DNA of 64,000 nucleotides, from the NCBI GenBank assembly GCA_051294375.1, contig CM119265.1, forward strand, positions 22,456,636-22,520,635, written 5' to 3'. A program made the translations under genes and the position numbers. Shown here one piece after another: positions 57,187 through 64,000 of the stretch. Origin of the DNA: Paraspadella gotoi (Eukaryota > Animalia > Chaetognatha). Each line of letters begins with the position of its first letter. Position 1 is the stretch's first letter. The notes under the pieces were generated by a model. That model saw only the letters and a list, made by a program, of their open reading frames with translations. It did no database searches and was not told the DNA's origin.

Positions 57187-58151
57187 GGACAAAAGGGCGA
57201 ATATTTGTTTTCTCCGCTTTTCATTCTTTCATGGTTGAATAAATTAGAGAGACCGAAAAAAACCCCACGCAATTAAGACCCTGAATGGATTAAACTCTGC
57301 CAAGAAAATATACATCTCTCTCGGCGCTGGATAGACAGGTTGAGACGATGGAGGAAGTGCGACGAACTTCACCTCGCAAAACGTTTAATGTCTACACGAC
57401 GAATTATAAATCATGTAAACAATCGGGAACGGTCCTCGTAATATACAAATAATTATAAAAAAATATATGTCATTTAGGAATAGCGACATTTTTTTTATGA
57501 ATCATGGTCCAGTTTTTTTATTCAGTGATAATAATGTTTCAGAAATCTTTGATTCACTCGATTTCATAATATTTTTAAATACTAGATAATATTAAAAAAA
57601 ATGTTATTCCGAAAGTATGAGTGAACTATGAGTATTTTAGGCGACCGGCATCTTCAAATAAACGGATTCTCTCTTTCTCCACACTTTGGTTCGAAGCTGC
57701 TTCGGTATGATTTTGTATTGAGACTTCCGGAAGCCGCCCCTAACCTTTCGACTTGGTAACAACGGAAACAACAGAACTGAAGAACCTTCATATCTTCGGG
57801 GAAAAGATCAATTTCGCAGCCGACAACTTTTCAACGCCTCTTCCGAAAACAACATCCCTCATCAAGTTCTTGAGAAGCTCTCCAGTTAGTCGCCAGTGGA
57901 GCCATTCTCCCTCTCCCTTCTTTAATCTTGGTTACTCGCCTCATATGATAGGAAGCTTAGATGGGTCACTACATAGGATTCGACATTAGGACACTGTATC
58001 ACGGTTAAGGGGGGTCGGAGAGTTTGAAGGATCTTAAAAGTTTAACGACTCTGGATAACTCTGACTCCTAAATTTCCGCTTTTCATTTCGGGCAACGACG
58101 ATAACAACAACAATCTTTTTCCGGCGCCTTCTTCGCCACCTCCGCTGCAAC

Positions 58152-59252
58152 TAGGGTTCCGATAACCGTTAATTTTTGAGAAATTCGCTTAACGTTAAAA
58201 CTAATATTTTTAACGGTTAACGGTTAAAATCGGTTAATTTTATAATATAACTTTTAGAGAGGAAAACAATTTATTTGTTTTGTTTCGACATGTTTCGACT
58301 CTACAATTCGAGTCTTCATCAGCAATGCTTATTTTTCTAGTTGTTAGTTTCTTAAACGCTTGTTTTCTGTTTTTATTTTTTCATAAGCCATAACCATAAA
58401 TATAAATTATGAATAATATTTTTTTGATTGAAAGTTTGATTGATCGATTGATCCAAAGATTTATTGATTATTAAATATTTTTTTCAGTTTTATTAAAAAA
58501 TATATCATGATTGAAGGATAGCCTTAATGTCCATTTTAAGATTAGTTCCTTCTATTATTAATTTTTTTATTACATTTATTTTTATTTTTGTTTTTTAATA
58601 ATTTTTTCATTCATTTTGGTTTTATTTTATTTGCTTCTTTGTTTGTTTAAAGAGTGAAATAAAAAATAGCAAAATAGGATATATTATTTTATATAAGAAT
58701 TTAATTTGCAAGAAAATGTATGCAACTATTTGCATGTGCATATATATTATATTTCATTATATTCTTTGATGTAAATGCATAAAATTAATTGAAAGGAAAA
58801 ACGAAAAAAAAATTGGGAGAAAATAAGTAAGAAAAAGAAAAAAACACTGGAAGGGAAGAAAAAAATGAAAAAGGTAAAAGAAAAGGGAGAAAAAAAGGAG
58901 AGAAAAGAAAGGGAGAAAAGAAGGAGGGGAAAAGAGAGAAAGAAAGAGATAGGTACAGAAGGGGATTAGTATAGAAAAAAATTAAAAGGGTTGAAAATAA
59001 CAAAGGAAAAAAATAGGAAAAAATGGAAAAGAGAGAGAGGTGAAAAAATATGGTGAGAAAAGGAGAGGAGAATAAGAGAGGACAAGAAAAAATTACTTTT
59101 CTTTAAAAAATCAAAGATTTTATCCAAAAAATAAAAAAATCATATTTAAAAATTAACCGAATTTAACCGTTAAAATAAATATATTAACGGTTAGGTTAAA
59201 ATTATTTTTAACCGTTAATAACCGTTAACTGTTAACGGTTATCGTAACCCTA
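58152..59252. mobile_element. Non-autonomous hAT-superfamily element (1101 bp)
   Basis: TIRs TAGGGTTCCGATAACCGTTAA / TTAACGGTTATCGTAACCCTA, a perfect 8-bp TSD GCTGCAAC (58144-58151 and 59253-59260), and subterminal AACCGTT/AACGGTT repeats. Confidence 0.92.
58283..58326 (-). ncRNA. Minimal type I hammerhead-ribozyme-like motif (probably a relic)
   Basis: Minus strand reads TTG-CTGATGA-A-GACTC-gaattgta-GAGTC-GAAA-CATG-TC-GAA. Core boxes are intact, stem II has 5 bp and stem III is palindromic (ACATGT). Stem I pairs poorly. Confidence 0.6.
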
Positions 59253-59373
59253 GCTGCAACTGCTTCACTCCTCCCCCCTCTTCAATCTCGTCTTCCGGTG
59301 GTTTCTGACCTTCGCCTCTTCCGCCGCCTTAATTGATCTCTCTCTCTCTCTCTCTCTCTCTCCTCCTCTTTCT

Positions 59374-59429
<56 letters not shown>

Positions 59430-59497
59430 TCTTTTCCCACCGATTCGACACCGCTTCTTTCATCATCTCGCCGATGGGGAACCGGGGAGAAGGAGAA

Positions 59498-59544
<47 letters not shown>

Positions 59545-60096
59545 CTCTCTCTTCTCTTCCTCACTACGGTTTCTTCCTTTCAACTTTTTCTCTCCAGTTT
59601 TTGTTTCGTTTTGTTTTTTTTTTTTTTTGTTTTTTGCTTCTCTTTCTTTCTTTTTTTTTAATTTTTTCTTCTAGATTTTCTTTTCTGGTCGAGTTGTGTT
59701 TTCCTTAAAAAAAAAATGGGCGCGATTTTTTGAGAAGTCTAAATTTTTCTGCTGCGCAAGGAAAAGGGAAAAAAAACCTCTTTTGGAATTGGAGACCACA
59801 CGATTCGTGAAGGCATCGAATGAACGGATTTTTTATTCTGCATAAAATTTAAACAAGACGAAAAACGAAACCAGAAATCGGATAACTGGCAAGAGAAATC
59901 GACGGTTAAAGCTTCAAACTGCCGCATCATTACTGCTTGATCTGCCATAATAATATATTTTATAAACCGCGGAAATTGTTCTATAAACCGTTTGGTTAAA
60001 AAGTCATTTTAAGGAATTTTACACCAAAGTGGCAACTTTGCTGTTTTAAAGCCAAAGCTCAACGTTTTGAACCAATAAGTAGAATAAACCTATGAT

Positions 60097-60156
<60 letters not shown>

Positions 60157-60413
60157 TGGCATGTATTATTAATTGTTTTTTCTTGATGACAGAAACTGAG
60201 GTCGAAAAAATACTGACATAAACTCACTGTGCTTTTTTTTTAGTTTCACCAACACACTTTCTTTGAATGCCGAACTAACTTTCAAAAAAAATAATCTGGA
60301 TTGATTAATGAAACGTCAAACAAGAAGAATTGAGCCTCATGACAATTTCGCTGCTGCTCTGGATAATTATGCGTTGAATTGAAGGCCTTTGAAAAGAGGA
60401 ACTTTCAAAAAAG

Positions 60414-61906
60414 ATGGGTGAAAACAACAACAACAACAACAACAACCTAACTAACATGACGCTCTACGTAAAAGCGGGAAAAGATGGCGTTGACTATGGG
60501 GCTTGTCCCTTTTGTCAGGTGGGAAAAGAAATAACTCGTACAATCTTCAATATGGTAATATAACTGCGAAGTATCATTAAACAACACAGACAATAAATAT
60601 AATTTTTTTTCTTGTAAATACGAATTTTGGGAAGTTACAGTTTTACAAGCCACTTTTAAGTATAGGAGTAACTGTTACTACTATACTTGAAAGCGGCGAG
60701 GATAACTCCACGACACAAATGAGTACTAAACTTTTTTTTTACTCTTTTTCCCAATCACAGCGCATATTCATGATTTGTCTGGTTGGAACGAAAAAGGGAT
60801 TTTTCTCTTTTACGATCAAAACAGTGAGTCTATCAAAACCGCTCGCAGAATTCAGATCGGTGTCAAGCGTGTTACCAACATTGGTAAGTCGCACTCGTAG
60901 TACATAGTATACATAGTATATAATATCGTAGTATATATAAAAATAGTAAATTTACGGAAAATTGAAGTAAACTGAAGTAAAGTGAAATTCATAAAAAAAA
61001 GTACTTTCAGATATCAATAATATTAATATTCTAATGTTTCAGGTAATAGGAGAAGACGTTTATCGTGATGTGGATGAAATTGTGCAATACTTTGACCGAT
61101 CGTTCAGCGGAAAACTCGATTTAGGTTTTTTTCAGTTCAGAAAAATCTAAATTTTTATAGATACAATCTTAAGTCAATTTATCTTTAGGCTTAAAATACA
61201 ACAACCAAACCGCCGACGTCGCTTGCATGGATGTTTTTTCCAAATTTAATTTTTACATAAAGGAAGTAGCAAAGGACCCTGCACAGTTACTGGCCGAACT
61301 AGGGAAAGTAAGGATAAAAATTGTTTTGAATCATTGCAATCATTAAAGGGTATTATTTTAAACAATTTTTTCATGTACTATTTTAATTCTATCATGTAAG
61401 TTAAACGGATATCTCGAAGATGAGGAGTCCATGTTCCTGGCCAACGATGAACTCTCTCACCTCGATTGCATGATGCTCCCCAAGATGCATCATATACGTG
61501 TGGCCGCCAAAGAGTTCAAGGTAGCTAATTAAAGCTATTATTATAACTCCATAGTCTATTTCTATTTCAGCTAAAAACTGCTCTTTTAAATGAAGGATTT
61601 CGAAATTCCTCCTGAACTGACGCACTTATGGAACTACTTGGCGCGGGCTTACAAAAACGAAATCTTTACCTCATCCTGCCCTACAGACCAAGAAATTATT
61701 TTCACATGGAGTCAAAAGGTTAGTAAAATTGTTTCGTTCTTTTTTACTAGTCATTAACTTATGATGATTAGTGATTTTAAAAAATAACATTTTTTACCCT
61801 CCCACAGCCAAAAGTGGCTCGACTTTCGACCGACAAGAAAAGAGATATGGAAAGGAAAGAACCGCGTTATTCCTTCGCAGTGCCCGACATTCCCGACTGT
61901 TCTTAA
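60414..61906 (+). CDS. CLIC: Chloride intracellular channel (CLIC; GST fold), 256 aa
   Basis: Seven exons with an intact frame: 60414-60518 (LYVKAGKDG...GACPFCQ), 60761-60883, 61043-61124, 61189-61307, 61401-61520 (FLANDELSHLDCMMLPKMHHIRVAAK), 61596-61718 (DFEIP...LWNYL...F..SCPTDQEI), 61808-61906. Confidence 0.95.
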
Positions 61907-62389
61907 TTTAGAAGAATCATTTAACAGACCGCGCCGTATTATTCACTTTTATTCCCTGTTTTTTCAAGATTTCGTTTCTAGACATTTTTATTGACTCCTT
62001 TGTGTCTGAAGTGCACTTATGTTTAGTAATTAGTATCAATTCTTCTTTCAATTTTATTCTCACGACGTCGTAAATATTTTAATCGATCGCCGCATCTGAA
62101 GGATTTTGTATCGGAAAAGCGTCCAACCTCATTTGTGAGTTTGGGGAGACGTTAGTTTCTGATTTATATAATTGTATAAAATAATTATAAAATAAAACTA
62201 ATTAAATTGATATGCTTTTCAGTTCGAAATTCTTCCCCGCGACAATCATTCTTCATATAATCAAAATGAAAAAAATATGAATTTCGTCATCGTCCAAAAC
62301 AAAACCTTTTGAATATATACTATGTAAAACGATGTTTTCTATTCTATGTTTTCTATTCACAGATAGATTAAAGCTGTTTCCATCGCAGC

Positions 62390-62500
62390 GCCTAAGTGGC
62401 TCAGTAGACTAACGCACCATCCCAATGTGCGTCCCTTGTTCGAGCCCTTAGCCTTAGGTTTTCATGTAGAAAGTGGGATGGTCCGGGTAACCCGTCTTTT
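62390..62500 (+). mobile_element. Degenerate tRNA-derived SINE head
   Basis: A-box-like TGGCTCAGTAG and B-box-like GTTCGAGCC without a complete cloverleaf. A second weak head lies at ~62695-62790. Confidence 0.4.
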
Positions 62501-62932
62501 CGCTATCAAATATCTAAAAAAGTATAATAATTTTAAATAGTTAATGATGGACAGATTTGAGCCGAAAGCTACGAATATCTCATATTAAAAAAAAAATATT
62601 TTAACTTTGTCTTTGGTTATAATATAACATACTTATAATAATAATAAAAGCAGTATTGACGGTGGATTAAAATCGATCAACCACTCACAGCGGTGATTGG
62701 CGCCCAAGGGAAGTAATTCGCCTCCCAAGTAAAGTTCAAGGTTTCGAGACCGGCGGCCGCCTGTCGCTCAACCCATTGGAGTATGATTCAACAGCCTCAT
62801 AAAAAATACCCTTCTGTTCGTGCCTGCAATGTGTAATATTTAAAATTTGAAAAATAAATGATATATTTATAAGGGAATGAATTGTTTACAATTTTACAAA
62901 TATTTGTCCCTCCGCACTGTGCTTTCAACATC

Positions 62933-63390
62933 CTATAAGATTATTGCAATTATTATTATATATATATTTTTTATTATTATTGCAACATGACATGTCGATA
63001 ATCGCATTCTTATTCTATATACATAGTAATATACATAATTTAATTCTATTTTATTTTTAATCCTATCTTTTTTCTTTCTGTGCCATTTGAGCAAAAGAAC
63101 TCGGCCCGGATTGAGCATAGCTTCTTGGAGCGACGTGGCCCTGTCGCAGTCAACGTTGACGTCACCGTCATAACAAATAGGAAGCAGCTCGCGCAGAGAA
63201 GCCCTCACGGGAGAGTCGAAACCGTCGCAGATTTTTTCGATAATATGCCCGAACTGAACAGAATTAATAGCTGAAAATCGCGATTTTTTTTTCTTTCATG
63301 TTTGGATTATGCTTAACCGTTAAAACATATCCAGGACTGTTTCGTCGTTAAAATGCAGCTACCGTGTTTTGTTCGTAAGTATACCACCTT
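62933..63390 (-). CDS. Possible 3' exon(s) of an unidentified gene
   Basis: A TTTTCAG acceptor at 63271 opens a higher-GC, protein-like frame (INSVQFGHIIEKICDGFDSPVRASLRELLPICYDGDVNVDCDRATSLQEAMLNPGRVLLLKW...). A phase-compatible upstream exon may lie at ~63388-63317. No family recognised. Confidence 0.35.
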
Positions 63391-63654
63391 TTTAAAATTG
63401 TAACAAAAAGTTGAGGGCAAACCAGTTTGGTCGAAATATTTTTGGAAAGCATATTAAATTTTTCACTGCATTGTCGGAGAAGGGTTGAAATTTTTCATAT
63501 TGACAAATCATTTTTGTACTGACTCTCCCTTTATTCTCCTATTTTCTCACTATTATGCTATGGTTTATTTCTGTCGGTGTTGAAACCATGGATCTGGTCT
63601 CGGGCCTGGAGCCAGGGTCGGGAATTTCGGCCTCTTCACGATTCCCGTTGCGAA

Positions 63655-63811
63655 GATACCGATACCGATACAGATATGTAAATAAGGGAGCTGAGTGGGC
63701 TGAAGAGGACAATCCGCAACTTCAACCCCCAATAAAAGTCATAGAACGGGTCCTGGGCTTGAGGGTTTTCTCCGCCCCCAAGGCAGTTTACGGCCGTCCT
63801 CACTCTTCCCG
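63655..63811 (-). mobile_element. 5'-truncated SINE related to 11269-11530
   Basis: Shares AGTGGGCTGAAGA..AC.ATCCGCAACTTC, GGCTTGAGGGTTTTC, CCCCAAGGC and CCTCAC blocks with that copy, but has a different simple-repeat tail, (TATCGG)n. Confidence 0.65.
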
Positions 63812-64000
63812 AATAAATTATAAAAATGAGTAAAAATTCAGAAACCAATCAATATACTGAAAAATACTAAATCTCTAATGCTTAAATGATCCCCCCAAAA
63901 AATCCTTTTGACGATGTTAAGTCCGAACTTAGATATCACGATTCGCGAGTCTTTGGTTCTAACCGCCTAACTTCCTAACCTAACCTCCTCCTAACTTCCT

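Noticed and set aside
57753-57989. Upstream CLIC exon or separate gene
   Set aside because: It has no recognisable motif and no convincing splice link, and CLIC is complete from 60414.
62390-62790. Functional tRNA genes
   Set aside because: A/B-box-like motifs are present, but I could not fold a complete cloverleaf, so I treat them as SINE heads.

Overview
This is eukaryotic (invertebrate-type animal) genomic DNA from a draft assembly. It is AT-rich, has spliceosomal GT-AG introns, several N gaps and very abundant (CT)n, (ATT)n and (GAC)n microsatellites. Most entries in the ORF track are microsatellite or gap artefacts, so I rebuilt the genes by hand from splice sites. Genes: (1) the 3' half of a BRSK/SAD-1 kinase gene with its KA1 domain (+, <1-7403; upstream exons damaged by indels); (2) a tandem pair of divergent Rho-family GTPase paralogues with the same intron positions (-, 10110-12466 and 13166-15957); (3) a 7-exon tetraspanin (+, 25186-43731); (4) an unassigned two-TM protein (+, ~46853-49524); (5) a 7-exon CLIC (+, 60414-61906); (6) a possible partial gene at the right end (-). 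Introns and intergenic DNA hold many non-autonomous elements: foldback elements, a Tc1 deletion derivative, a hAT element with an 8-bp TSD, HINE/DINE-1-like elements, tRNA-derived SINEs, hammerhead-ribozyme relics and a 95-bp satellite built from palindromes. I found no clearly novel multi-gene system. The best leads are the asymmetrically diverged Rho pair, the hammerhead relics and the palindromic satellite. All family calls come from motif recognition, not database searches.
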